Below are positions 25,843 to 39,397 of a DNA stretch of 64,000 nucleotides, piece by piece. Origin of the DNA: Lama guanicoe (Eukaryota); NCBI GenBank assembly GCA_013239625.1, contig MU053513.1, forward strand, positions 1,724,927-1,788,926, given 5' to 3'. Under the pieces are notes generated by a model. That model saw only the letters and a program-made list of their open reading frames with translations. It was not told where the DNA came from and did not search any database. How positions within the stretch are numbered: the first letter of the stretch is position 1; every line of letters starts with the position of its first letter. A program made the translations under genes and the position numbers.

Positions 25843-26538
25843 CTGAAAAAATGTCCACCCACAAACAAAGAAAAAAAGAGACTTGTAATTAATTTGAATG
25901 GACATTTGACATTACAGCACATCTATGCATAAATAACCCTAATATAGTCAATGTATTGTATGTGACACTATTTCAGCAAGAAAACCACAGAAAAAGTCCA
26001 AATTTACTAAAATAAAAAGAGTTCTTGAACCTATACTAATAAGAGAGTAAAGGGAGATAGATCTGAACTTAAATCCTGTTCAATATTAGAAAATCCAAAA
26101 TAAACATTATATAGCTTCAAAACATAGAAAAATAAAGATAATTTTATTGTTAAATGACCCTATTTCATTTTAGGAAACCAATGATTTCACAACTGATTCA
26201 AATGAAAAATGTTAGAACACATAGTAATTTATAAGAAAGAGGACTTCTATTTTAAGCAGCCATTTGAACACACACATCTCTAGCATCAAAATGTCCTGTT
26301 TGGCAGAATGTGGCAGACCTGGGAAGTCACAGGAGAAGACAATGACAAATGAACACAAATGAAGGGAGAAAGCAGGCAAGAAAAATAAACTTGGAAGACT
26401 TTTTATTTGCCATTAGGAATAAGGATAATAGAAAGTAGAGAGCTGCTCTGCTTATATGCAGCTGGACTCTACAGCATGAGGGTGGGGATGAGTGGCTGGG
26501 TGAAGTCACTTAATGTAAAAAAAAAAAAAAAAAAATAC

Positions 26539-26611
26539 CTGAAAAGCCTGTCGAATACAGTGAAGTTTGGCAAGAAAATCGCTGTCTCCTAGGCACTCCA
26601 ACATTTCAGTT
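26539..26611 (-). CDS. MIGA1: MIGA1 coding exon
   Basis: 73 nt; TEMLECLGDSDFLAKLHCIRQAFQ. Confidence 0.95.
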
Positions 26612-26848
26612 CTAAGTAATAAATGGGAAACAACTGTTAAACTGCATTCAGGATCAAGCAAGCCTACTACATATTTGGGCTCAGGACCTTCATAAAAAAC
26701 ACATGTTTTTTCAATACTGATAAAATACGTCAAAAAAATTTTTTGAGCCTAAAAACATATTTCCCCTTTTTTCATAAACATTTTAAATAAATATCAGACC
26801 AACAAAGCAATAGTACCTTAATCATTTTCATAAAGACAAACATGGTAC

Positions 26849-26967
26849 CTAAGCACTCTTGAGTAAATTTTTCCTTCTTCAACTAAATGCATGGCTTCCT
26901 CGTAAAAAGGGCAGTGGCAAAGAGACTCCAGACTGTAGGCATGCCGCACTTCTCTGTGTTCTGCAAG
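26849..26967 (-). CDS. MIGA1: MIGA1 coding exon
   Basis: 119 nt; LAEHREVRHAYSLESLCHCPFYEEAMHLVEEGKIYSRVL(R); AG/GT bounded. Confidence 0.93.
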
Positions 26968-27269
26968 CTAAAAATACAGTGGGTTAAAACAGACTACACT
27001 GATATAAGGAGAAAAACTAAAAGACAGAAAATAGGATCTTGCTATATTACTATCTGGCTAATAGACTCACTTTGATTAAACTGTGAAAGTAATTCAGTAA
27101 GATTTTATGGCTCATAAGATCTGAGTTCATTTTATTTCACTTTATTTAGTTGTCAAAAAAAAAAAAGAGTAAAACTTCATTAACAAGCTTAATTCATTTA
27201 GGATCCAACTACTTCAATTCACAGGATGCACAGACAAGCAGTATCTTACAGTTCACCAACAAAAATAAC

Positions 27270-28350
27270 TGTCTATCCTTTTTATTACAGCTACCCTAGT
27301 GGGTGTGAAGTGGCTTAAATTTCTCTAACAACTAATAATGCTGAACATCTTTCATTTCCTTATTGGCCCTTGTATATCTTCTTTGAAAAAATATATATAT
27401 TCAAATCCTTGGCTCATTTTTAGTTGGTTTATTTGTCCATGTATTGTTGGGTTGTAAGAGTTCTTTATATAGCCTGGATATAGGACCTTTATCAGATACA
27501 TGATTTATAAATATTTTCTCCCATCCACAGTCTTTTTACGTTTTTGTTGGTATCCTCTGAAGCACAAAAGTTTCTACTTTTGATAAATGACAATTAATCA
27601 TTTTCCTCTTTTGTCTGTCTTAACTTTTTATTTTGTGCAGAACATCAAGGTCAGCCAGAGGTGAGAGGTTAGGGACTTCTAAGGTCTTTCCTGGACAGGT
27701 ATATAACCCGGAACATGCTTCTGGCTCTTCTAGATTCCCAAGAATATGCTGGAGCTTTCCAAGCTCCCTATAAACACCTCATTGCCCAGTTTTTCCTTTT
27801 AAGTTTTGTGGTCAGCCCATCTTGTTAGCCCCACTGGTAACCCCAACCTCGGGCAGCTGCACTGTTAAACAATTAGCACTAGCTGTTTTCAACGAAAGCT
27901 CCAGGGATAGAAATTTTGCACAGAAGCAAGCTCTAAGTCAGGTCAAATAAACACAAGTCCTGAGAATGGAGCTTTGCAGGGACCTGCCATACAGGTCAAA
28001 TAGTGACAATTCTCTAGTGATGGGAATTTTGGGAAGCTCCAAAGCCATTAATTTTCTGCCAGGGGCGGCTGGTCCCCTGATTTTGACAGTTACCACAGCT
28101 GTGAGGCTGTTGGTTTTCAAGACTAACTGTGGAGAGAGGGATGGAATAGAACAAACTAAAAATTCACAAAGTTCACTGCTCTTACAGAGATTCAACCATT
28201 TTCTGAATAAATGCTCCTTGAATTTTTGCAAATGTTTAATTTTCAGAGTTCTGAAAATTCTGATTTCGATGATCTTTGCCAGTGTTTTCCTTGCTTTTGT
28301 GGAGATCTCCGGAGGTTTTTACTCTACTATTCTGGAAGTGTTTCTCCATG
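27270..28350 (-). mobile_element. Old L1 fragments (ORF2 piece + L1MC-like 3' region)
   Basis: ctagtgggtgtgaagtgg..aaatattttctcccat..gaagcacaaaagttt; family assignment from recollection. Confidence 0.55.
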
Positions 28351-30024
28351 CTGTAGTTCTGATCCTTCACGTGTACCCAGTGCTGTGCTAAAGCTTTAAC
28401 TTGATTATCTCATTTCTTTACAATCACTCATAAAGTAGGTGGTCTTATTAACCACATTTTACAGATAAAGGAACAGAGATGTAGAGTAGCAGGAACTTGC
28501 CCCAAGTCCCACAGCTAAATGGTAGAATTTAAAATTTATTCCAGAGCTTTTATGCACTTTTAAATACCAAACTATACATACCCTCCCATCAGCCTTATCC
28601 AAAAGTCCAAAGGAGAAGAAGTTTAAGCATTAGAACTATTTAGGATAGTATAAATATGCCTATTCATCTACAGGCAAAAAAAAAAAAAAGGTAAACAAAA
28701 ATGACAGTATCTGACATTATATATTACCTGCTTTAAATAACATTTCCCCTCATATATTAAGAAAAATATATTACACTAAAGATAAAGTGTTTTTGAGGTA
28801 AAAAAAAAAAGGTAACACTTTAAAAAATTACTTAGAATGGAAATTCTTTAGATATTAAATAGTTTAAAGTTCTGTACCACTGTCAAAACAAACAGAATCT
28901 ATGGACACCTACCAGCAGAGAAAAATTCTGAGGAGGAAACTCTCTACACAAAATAATTTATACTAATAAGAAGTGAACAAATTCAGTAATGAGAGATTCC
29001 GAGTCAGGTCTTGATTCATTAGTCTACCTTGCTCATTTGTTGATTTGGCTTCAGTGATCACCAAACAAGTCTCTTGAAATAAGCCTGCAGCTGAGAAAAT
29101 ACACCACACAGAAGGTCTGCTGCTAGCCAGCATCACCAACTCTCCCCGAGACAATGACAGCTCAGAAACATTTATTTAAACCATCAGTCTGAGAATTTTT
29201 AAAATAAAAAGCAAACCACTAAAATGACGGCTTAAATTCTCATTTTAGAATATACATATAGGAAGAATTTTTTTTTCCACAAAATTCTCGAAAGCTTTTA
29301 AAAAGCTATCAGAAAAATATTAACATTTTACCAGAGCAGAGATGTTACTTGAGAAGCAGAAGTCAGTAACAGTTTAATCCCAGCATATGGAAACATGCAA
29401 TTTACCGTGAAAAAGGGTTCTTTTCTTTGCTAACTGAAAAATGAAATGTCCTTTATTTCTAAATCATTCTTTTCCTAAAAGGGCATATTTCAAAAACTCT
29501 TTTTAATATTTTCAAAAAGAGAAGTAACACGAGTCTCAAGCACCATAAAAATGACCATGTAAGAAATCAAACAAGTTAACAACAATAGGAACAATAGAAA
29601 CAGACAAAATAGATAAAACCCATCGATGAACCAATCAGTGAAAACAACGTTCTGGGATTAGCTGAAGATGTCAAACATCCTAAATTACTTCCTCCTTGCC
29701 CTCCACAAGGGGCAAGAGGGACTGGGCCTTATCTCTTTCGGGAAGTAATGACTTTGCTGAATGTGAAATAATATTTGTAAAAGCCTTATTATTAAAAGCC
29801 TCTAAACAACCATAAAAGAAATGACCAAAGTCCTAAAACGACTATAAGTTGGGTCATAAAAAAAGGTTAAGTTCGATTTTAATATGGACTATTTTTTCAC
29901 ATTTACATTTTCCTTTCAAAATAACCACCTAAATTACAAATAGGACTTAACAGTTAAAGAAATCAGGCTGAATACATCTCTTATCACACTAATAGAAAAG
30001 AAATTAAACAGGAAATAAACCCAT

Positions 30025-31445
30025 AATAACCACCTTCTAAAATGGCCCTCAAGGACTCTCTCCTCCCGGTACTTCATGCTTCATTCCATGCTGAAGCGGG
30101 CTAACCTGCAGAACCAATAACATACTGTGGAAATGATGGAGTGTGGTTTCTGTGGCTAGATCATGACACTCACTGCTTCTGTCCCACTCTCTCGGGGAAG
30201 CCAGGTGCTATGCTGTGGAGAGGCTCAAGCAGTCCTATTGAAAAGTCTATAAAACCATAAAAACTTAGGTTTTCTACCAATAAGGTAGCATCAATCTACC
30301 ATTCATCTAAGTGAGGCTGGGAGCAGATTCTCCAGCTCCAATCAAATCTTCAGATGACTGTGGCCCCAGCCAACGTACCTGACTACAACTTCGCAAAAGA
30401 CCTCAAGCCAGAGCTACCTGATAAGCCACTTCCAAATTCTCGGCCCTCAGAACAATGAGACAAAAATGTTTACTCTTTTGTTGAATGGGGAACAATGCTT
30501 TGTTTGGGGCAATGGGCAGGTGTTTCAGTCTCAGAATTTCTGGAATCACTTCTTTGTGCCAACAACTTCGGTGACCTTGAGCACACTGAACTCATACAGT
30601 CTTGCCCAGGGGCGAGCACCTGCCCACTGTGACAATGGCACCAACCTGGATGTCCCTGAAGCAGGGGCACAGTGTATGGACATGTTCTTATAGCACTTCT
30701 AGAAGCGGCTGTACTTCTGGATGTAGTGGAGGTTGTCTCAGCAGACGACAACAGTCCTCTGCATCTACATCTTGGTCACCATGCCAGACAGGACCTGCCC
30801 TCAGATGGAGATTATGCCCGTAAAAGGGCATTTCTACTGCCTTCAGTGGCCTCCCCAGGTGCCCTGAAGCCCAGATCAATGTTCTTGTGTTGTGGGAGCT
30901 TCTCCTTGACAGTTTCTCCAAGGAGGACCCTCTTTTTACTTTGAATGAAGGTGTCTGCTGCTTGTGGTAGGCATGCTCAGTCCAGGAGTCACTCCTTATC
31001 TGATACATGCAGCTTCAAAATTAAATACCAAAATGACAGTCTCCCTGGATATTAGCCCTTAGGACCCAGTTCTCATAGGACTAACCCCAAGGCCCAAGAC
31101 CTCCAGAAAAGCACCCCATAAACCTTGAATTTTAAGAAGGTGACTCCTAAAATTCTTGAGCCTCTACTTAACTCCAAGTGTGGAACCCCCAGGATTCAGA
31201 AGGCTCCACCCTAGATTAACACAAAGACACATGCCCTTTACCTTATTTAACCCCTAGGAAATTGAGGACACCAGGAATTAACCCCCAAACTGGGACAAGG
31301 AGTCCCGCTCTCCGGGACACACCTCTGAAGATCAGGACAGAATCTACAGCCTTGGCACCAGTCCCCAACCCACACCTGAATTTTATTGGTTTTAGGACAC
31401 CAAGTTTGGGGTAACTTATTACACAGCAACAGATAACTAATGTAA
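30025..31445 (+). mobile_element. MLT1-like LTR split by the RPS11 retrocopy (30025-30470 and 31385-31445)
   Basis: LTR body up to aacaatgagacaaaaatgttt; resumes ttttagg..ccaagtttggggtaacttattacacagcaacagataactaat. Confidence 0.72.
30475..31381 (-). pseudogene. RPS11: RPS11 (uS17) processed pseudogene, decayed, with ~390 nt of extra 5' sequence
   Basis: Minus-strand fragments match RPS11 ([52 protein letters not shown] with TGA at 30531-30533); frameshifts; spliced across downstream exons. Confidence 0.88.
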
Positions 31446-33047
31446 CAGTGGGAACAATACTAACAGCAAAAGAAAGATACATATATTTCCAAAAACTGGA
31501 AAGCAACTGGAAGTGTGTGGTCAGATGAAATAGATGAGGAAGCCATGGACCAGAATAAGTTGACGGGGAGATATGGTCAAGAGGGAGACATTTGCTAAGC
31601 AGAGCCTCAAAGAGCACCAGGCTTACAGAGGGCAGGTACGAGGGCAGGTACAAGGGCAGGACTGAAGAAGGAGGATTGAAAAATGGGAGCTTTTAAATGA
31701 AAAGTCTGTGTCCAAACAACTGTAGTAGTCCTGTATCTTATTCTACTGTCTGCCCCTGAATAGGAAGGCAGCTTACAGAAAAACAAATTTGCAACCAAAG
31801 AACATTTGTCTTTAAAAATTACTTAAACTACCTAAGGAAAGTAAGTCTGGTAGGGTGGGTGATGAGCCTCCCAAAGTAAGGCCCTCATTCTGTACCCAGG
31901 TGTGTCCTGACCATTAGTCTATTTCCAGACCATTCATCCTAAAGAAAAGCCTGCCAATCAACACAGCTCAAAGAAGCCCCGTTAGCTTTCCCATTCCCCT
32001 ATTCAAGGGAGAGGCAAACATAAAACAGTACTGCAAACCCACACAATCTACCTAAGAAAATCAATCCAGTCACCAAGTAAGTTCTCCAATTTGAAAAGAA
32101 AACGATCAACACAAGAATAAAAGCCCCAGATAGAGAGACAAAATTGACCCTAGAGGAAGTAAGATAATTCTGGATTGCTACAAACAACTGCTATCAAGTC
32201 AGCGAGGTGCAGATACAGCAAAAGCTTTCCAAGCTTCCTTTTAGAGTACGAGCAGAGGTATTTGAATTGTAAGAAATAAAATCTGCTCTTTAAAGAGCAC
32301 CCTACAATTTATATATTAAACATACAGACCCACAATGCAGAGGGGTATCATTCTAAGAAAAAGTGAATACAGCTAAAAATGGTCTCTCTGCAGTATTAGC
32401 TTCTACCTATTAAATGACAATCTCCTTTAGAGATGGAAAAGTTAGGGCAGTACTCAATGCAGTGGTATCCTAACATTAAAAAGACTTCTCAGAACTTGAA
32501 AATTATGCTAAGTCAAAGGACATCCAACACAAAAGACCATGCATTGTTTGACTCTATATGAAATGTCCAGGAGAGACAGAAGGCACAGGAGTAGCTGCCT
32601 AGGGCCGGGGGTAGGAGGGGAAGGGGTGTGATTACCAATAGGCAGGGGCTTCTTTCTGGAGTGATAGTTCTGGAATTAGAAAGCTCGCATAACTCCGTGA
32701 ATATACCAAAAACCACTGCACTGTACACATTAAAAGAGTGAATTTTACAGTATGTGCATTATATCTCACCAAGGCTATTTAAAAAAGACTTTTCAGGGGA
32801 GAAAGGCTGTGGTTCCAAGCCAATGTCTGGTAAAGCATGCACAAGAAAATCTTGTTAATCACTTTCACAAATAACTGACCAAGCTTAGAGAAAAGCCTAT
32901 GCCAGGACTTGCTTTTACCTAAATAGGCAAAAATTCTTCCTGGTAATTCTGAATAAAGCTTTTGAATGATCACAAACTGTTTAACTTCCCAAGGAGTTCT
33001 GATCTTATTTTCTTAATAACTTTCTGTTGGAGGACACAGCAGGCCAG

Positions 33048-33511
33048 TGTCGTGGGCTGTAAAAGAATTTACCGAAAACAAAGGAAAGGTTTAAGAGGTA
33101 CGCTGCTGCAGGCAACAGCGGGCCACACTAGTGAGAGGTGCCTCTGTGAGAGCCAAGGGTGAATGTGCAGGGTCTTTTATCAGCAAGGGGTTGTGCACAC
33201 AAGGAGAAGGGGCTGCGTGATTAGCTCGTGCACAGGTACTTGACTGGTTACAAGTGAGGTAAGACTTGTCAGGGGTTATTTTAAGTAATGGGATTTATGG
33301 CCCCATTAAGGGCAAGATGTGTAGTGAGACCTGTCCACCTGGGGTACTGTGAGATAAGCCATTTCTTGTGGTGGTTAGTTCTGCTGGAGCAAGCACACAC
33401 CAAGCACACACCAAACAAAAATGTTCCGCATCCTCTTGTGAAAGAATGCAGGCACATGAAGGGTCCAGGAGTGGGGGTTAAGGGCCTCATCAGGCACCAG
33501 CTGGCACCACA
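33048..33511 (-). mobile_element. Possible ERV solo LTR
   Basis: TG...CA ends; minus-strand CCAATC-like box and GATAAAAGACCC TATA-like box; no TSD recognised. Confidence 0.45.
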
Positions 33512-33707
33512 TTTTCTTCATTAAATAGCCTTTCCTAAGTTATCTTTAAGTGTTTGGCATATAGTAAATGCAATTAAAAATAATTTAACAAACATTTCTT
33601 AGAAAGGAATCTACCCTGGAACATTCAGATTCTGAGATCACACATTTATACCCTAGAAGCATCTCAGACAGTGAGCCCTTCATGTGGTATTCATGCATTT
33701 TGTTTTG

Positions 33708-33848
33708 TTTTCAAGAATTTTATTTACTTACTTACTCACTCACTTACTCACTTATTCATTTATTTAATGGAGGTACTGGGGATTGAACCCAGGACCTTGT
33801 GCATGTTAAGCATGTGTTCTACCATTGAGCTATAACCCCCAACTCCCC
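33708..33848 (-). mobile_element. Vic-1-type SINE
   Basis: Reverse-complement head; TSD tgcattttgttt. Confidence 0.85.
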
Positions 33849-34663
33849 TGCATTTTGTTTTCCAAAGGGATTTTTTTAAAATTTATCAAATCTTTGTAAC
33901 TTAAACCACAAATTTAAGTGAGTACAATGAATACCTTGCAAAATACTTTTTACAGTTGTATATTATAAAGAAACTTCAGAGCAATACATACGCTTTTCTT
34001 CACAGTGGAAAAAATGCAAAGTGACTAGCAATTCTCCTTACAAACCATTTAGGACTAAGTGTCTACAGAAAGAAAGATAAAAAGCTTTTGACAAAATACA
34101 ACATCTTTTTATGATAAAAACTCTCAACAAATTGGTATAGAAGGAATGTACCTCAACATAACAAAGGCCATATATCACAAGCCATAGCTAACATCATACA
34201 CAAAAGTGAAAGGTTGAAAGCTTTCTAAGATCAGGAACAAGACAAGGGTGTCCACTCTCATCACTCCTATTTAACATAGAATTAGCAATCCTAGCCAGAG
34301 CAATTAGGCAAGAAAAATAAACCAAAAAAAAGCATCCAAATCAGAAAGAAAGAAGTAAAACTGTGTTTGTACATGATATGATCTTACATACAGAAAGTCC
34401 TAAAGATTCTCCCAAAAACCATTAAAACTAATAAACAAATTCAGTAAAGTTGCAGGCACAAAAGTCAGTTCCATTTCTATACACTAAAGCAAACTATCAA
34501 AAACAAGAGAAATTAAGAAAACTCTCATTTACAACAGCATGAAAATAATAAAATACTTCAGAATAAATTTAACCAAGGACACGAAAAATCTGTATAGTGA
34601 AAACTATAAGACTGATGAAGAAACTGAAGTAGACACAAATAAATGAAAAGATATCTGTGATGC

Positions 34664-34775
34664 AGGGAGGGTATATATAGCTCAGTAGCAGAGTGCATTG
34701 CAGCTTAGCATGTGCAAGGTCCTGGGTTCAATCCCCAGTACTTCCATTAAAAAAAATAATAATAATGATAATAAT
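34664..34775 (+). mobile_element. Vic-1-type SINE nested in old L1
   Basis: Head plus (AAT)n tail; aaaagatatc repeated on both sides. Confidence 0.85.
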
Positions 34776-36181
34776 TAGTGCTTTTAAAAAAAGATATCCA
34801 TGTTCATGAATCAAAAAAATTAATATTGTTAAAATGTCCATACTACCTAGAGCCATCTTTAGATTCACTGCAATGAATCTAGATTCAAAATTCCAATGGC
34901 ATTTTTCATAGAAACAAACAAACAAAAATCCTAAAATTTGTATGGAATCACAAAAGACCCCAAATAAACCAAAGCAATCCTGAGAAAGAACAAAACTAGA
35001 GGTCACACTTCCTGAATTCACACACTAATACAAAGCCAAAGTAATCACAAAAGACATAGACCGATAGAAGAGAGTCAAGAGACCAGAAATAAACTCTTGG
35101 GTATAAACGGTCAACCAGTATCTGACAAGGGGCCAAGATTACTCAGAGGGGAATGGACAGTCTCTTTAATAAATGGTAGTAGGAAAACTGCTAACCATAT
35201 GCAGAAGAATGAAACTGGATCTCTATTTTGTAACACTCACAATAATCAATTCAAAATGGATTAAAGACTTAACCATAAGACTTGAAATCATAAAACTCCT
35301 GAAAGAAAATATAGGGAGAAAAAGCTCCTTGACATCTGTCTTGACAACATTTTTTTGGATATGACACCAAAAGCACAAGCCACAAGGCAAAAATAAACAA
35401 ATGGGACTGAATTAAACTAAAAAGCTTCTGTACAGCAAAAGAAACAATCAACAAAATGAAAAAGCAACATACAAGAAGGGAAAAAATATTTGCAAACCAT
35501 CTATCTGATAAGGGGTTAGTATCTAAAATATATGAGGAACCCACATAACTCAAAAGTAAAAACAAAAAAAGACAAATCCAACTGAAAAATGGACAGAGGA
35601 CCTGAACAGACATTTTCCCAAAGAAGACACAAATGGCCAACAGGGACGTAAAAAGGTGCTCAACATCACTAATCACCAGGGAAATGCAGACAAAAATTAT
35701 AATGAGATATCACATCACACCTGTTAGAGTAGCTATTATCAAAAAGACTAGAGATAACAAACACTGGTGAGTATGTGGACAAAAGGAAACCCTAATGCAC
35801 TGATGGTGGAGATTTAAATTGGTAGAGCTACTATGGAAAAAAATATGGAAGTTTCTCAAAAAATTAAAAACAGAACTACCATATGACCCAGCAATCCTAC
35901 TTCTGGGTATATATCAAAAGGAACTGAAATCACTACCTTGAGATATCTGCATTCCCATGTTCACCGTAGCATTATTCACAATAGCCAAGAAATGGAAACA
36001 ACTCAAGTGTCCATGGATGGATGATGGACAAAGAAGATGTGGTATACATGTATTTATACATACACAATGGAGTATCATTCACCCATGAGAAAGAAGGAAA
36101 TCCTGCCACCTGCGACAATACGGACTGCACAGGACTTTGAAGGCATTATGTTAAGTGAAGTAAGTCAGAGAAAGACAAATA

Positions 36182-36453
36182 CAGTTCACCCTTGAACAAC
36201 ATGGGGGTTAAGGTGGCCGACCCCTGTGCAGTTGAAAATAGTCATCTCTCAGTTTCCTCAGGAGATTGGGTCCAAGACCTGCTGGGATACAAAAATCCTC
36301 AGATGCTCAAGTCCCATAGTTGGCGCTTAGCATTCACAGTTCCACATCCTCAGATTCAACCAAGTGCAGATAATGTAGTATGTATTTATTTTTAAAAATC
36401 CACATATAAGTGGACCTGCACAGTTCAAACTCATGTTGTTCAAGGCTCAACTG
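36182..36453. mobile_element. Tigger/MER8-like MITE (TcMar)
   Basis: TIRs cagttcacccttgaacaaca / tgttgttcaaggctcaactg with TA duplication, interrupting the L1. Confidence 0.85.
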
Positions 36454-38052
36454 TACTGTATGGCATCAAATGTGGCATCTCAAAATGCCAAACCCACAGA
36501 AATAGAGAGTAGAATAGTGGTTGAATCTTGGTGGCCTGGGGTGGGGGTGGGGGAGATGGGGAGATGCTGGTCAAAGGATACAAACTACCAGTTAGAAGAT
36601 GAGTAAGTTCTGGGGATCTAATATACAGCATGGAAACTAGAGTTAGCAGTACTATATTATATGCTTGAAAGTTGCCAAGAGAGTAAAACTTAAATGTTTG
36701 TACCAAAAAAGAAAAAAAGAGGTAATCATGTGAGGTGACAGAAGTTTTAACTAATCTTATTGTGGTAATTATTTCATAATATATCTGTATCAAATCATCA
36801 CTTTGTATACCCTAAACTTACACAATGTTATATGTCAATTATATCTCAATAAAGCTGGGGAAAAAAGAACAGAAAGATAAGCCTGTCTATATCAAATAGT
36901 AGAAAGAAGAGGAAACAGCTTTTCAATAAAACAAGTAGATATATTCTATGTGTTGCAAACTTACAAGTATTAAAATATAAGGAAAAATATAAACAATTCA
37001 GGAGAGGATACTGTAAGCAATAGCTAAAATATACAGAAAAATCCTGAGAGGATGGAAAATTATGATCAGTACAGCTTTAAAAAATGTAGACTCAAGGCTT
37101 AGGGTACAGGGTGTTGGAATACCTAAAGCTTTCCACAGTAGAGTGTGAATTTACACATCAGTTACAGATGTGTGATACTATTTATATGAAAGAGGGCAGC
37201 ATTAATATACAAAATCTACATAAAAATGAAATAATTCTAAGATAAAATTGGCCATATGTGATTTTGAAAGTTGTTTCAAGTAGAAAACATTATGAAAAGA
37301 TGACTACTTTGCAAGCAGTTCTTTTGGATACAACATTTCAATTTCAGCAGAAAACAAATGATCCACAAATCCATCATTCAGCGATCCCCACTGCTTGCAC
37401 ATTAGTGTATTTATATCTAGCCTTTTTTCCCTCAGCCTAAACATTTACATAATATACCGTATAGCATATTTTTCTTAATACAAAATTACAATCACACTCT
37501 TTATAAAGCTTTACGAACTACTCTTTTCCCTTAATATACGTTCCCATGTCATTAAAAATTATTGGAAACATGTTTATGGCACTATAATATTTCAAGTTAC
37601 GGATGTTCCATAACTTGACATAAGATTGTTTCCAGTTTTTCATTTTAATTAAAAACATCACAGTGAATGTTTTTATATATAAATCTTTGAATCTCATCAC
37701 TTGGAAAAAATACCTAGAAGTATGATTTCTGAGCTAAACAATCTGGATATTTGTAAGACTCCTGATATAAAGTGAACTGTTTTCCATTAAGACACTTAAA
37801 TGCTTCACGCATAGTCCACAGTATATGAGAGTGCCCACCTAAAGTCTGTGTTTACATGTCCACCTCTCTAAAGAGACTCCAAGTTCCTGTGGGAACTTAC
37901 ATTCATGGTACATTCATCTTTGTATCCTGGTATCTACCACATAGTAGATACTAAATAAATGGCTACTGAATTGAATTACTGCACAACGGCAAAACTGTAT
38001 TCCCCAGCTGAGAAAGAATAAGGAATCCTCACTAGGAACATACATGTCCTAC

Positions 38053-38153
38053 CTCTGCTGCTGAAGCAAAAGAATCGGTTGATGCAACACTCAAGGTGTC
38101 CCGCAGGCCAAAGTCATCCACGTTCCCCTTCATGGTGATATCTGTATCTTTAT
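38053..38153 (-). CDS. MIGA1: MIGA1 coding exon with FFAT-like segment
   Basis: 101 nt; (D)KDTDITMKGNVDDFGLRDTLSVASTDSFASAAE; the STDSFASAAE stretch corresponds to the VAP-binding FFAT region of mitoguardins. Confidence 0.92.
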
Positions 38154-39397
38154 CTTAAAAGTAAAAGATGGAAAGTTTAGAAACTGACATTCCTTGTCAT
38201 TGCCATATTTCATATTCTATAGCTCGTTTTTCTTTTTCTTTTCTTTTTTTTTTTTACTTCAGTCTCTATTTAGGATACTGGAATCTAAAAGGAAAACAAT
38301 ACAAATCAATGGGATATAATCTGACAAGACTCTCAAAGTGATTCAAACTGATTCTGAACACTGCCAAGCCAAGGAGAAAATGCTGTAAAGAAGACATTTT
38401 TATTTTAAAAAGGGATTAACTATTTCAGATTTTAAAAACTTTTGAGTATAATATAATTTAAGCTGATATATAATAACGGAGTTGAATTATACATGGTAAA
38501 ATCAGTATATACCAAAGATAGCCTGAAACAGAGCAATTTAAGTTGCAAGTGGCCTTGCCCAAATTGGGAGAACTGGTAGGTTCATTCAAATTGGATGAAT
38601 CATTAGCATAACATGTCTGGCCAGTCACCTGTGATAAACAGATCAATTAACATAATTCAAAAAGACCTGATTTCTTTGGTCTTTAAGACCTACTTTAAAA
38701 CACTGAAAGGCCCCAAATGATCAGGTTTAGGTTCCTCATGTTCATTCTGCTTACCTGACAGTCAAATATAACTGCCCCAATGATTTTAAAAGGCTGAAAA
38801 AGTTTAAATGCATTTGCAAATGGTTAATCTGACCCTACCAAGACAGGATACCTATTAACAGTACGCAGTATTCTGAATGTGGATGTCAGTATCTTCACAT
38901 ACCACCATCAGGGATCTAACTGTTAACATTAAATTTTCAAAAATTGAGTATTTGCTTATAGCTGTGACTGCATTGTAGCAAACAAATGATATTCTCCAAA
39001 TCTTATCACAAGTATGAAAAAGCAAAGGACAAAATACATACAGATTTTTGTTTTGATTCTCAATCTGCTAAATTTGTCAGATACTGTACTTTCTTTAAAA
39101 AGACACCAGAAATTTTTTTTGCTTTCATTCATTCAGATTTCTATTCCATCATTTTTTCCAAAATAAACTTCATTATTTTTACCAGAAGTATACCAAGTCC
39201 TGTTTAAAAAATTCAACTACCAGAAAACAGACATTTTGTGATTCTCTACAAGAAGTGTAAAGTTTTTAAAAATCCTAACCATTAATTTAGTTGAAACTCA
39301 CAAGTTTTGCAACCAATTTATATTCCAAGCTCTAATCCAAGCAGAGGAATGAACTGGTACAAAGCTCATTCGTATTAAGTATAAAAATAACCATACA

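Larger units (their letters stand above)
34075..36865 (+). mobile_element. Decayed L1 (ORF2 RT to 3'UTR) with nested SINE and MITE
   Basis: ORF2-like sequence with frameshifts; 3' end tatatctcaataaagctggggaaaaaa. Confidence 0.9.

Noticed and set aside
27938..28399. 141-aa and 97-aa ORFs
   Set aside because: Within old L1-like repeat sequence; no recognisable domain.
31628..31661. 12-bp unit AGGGCAGGTAC(G/A) repeated about three times
   Set aside because: Short slippage repeat without spacers; not CRISPR-like and no evident function.
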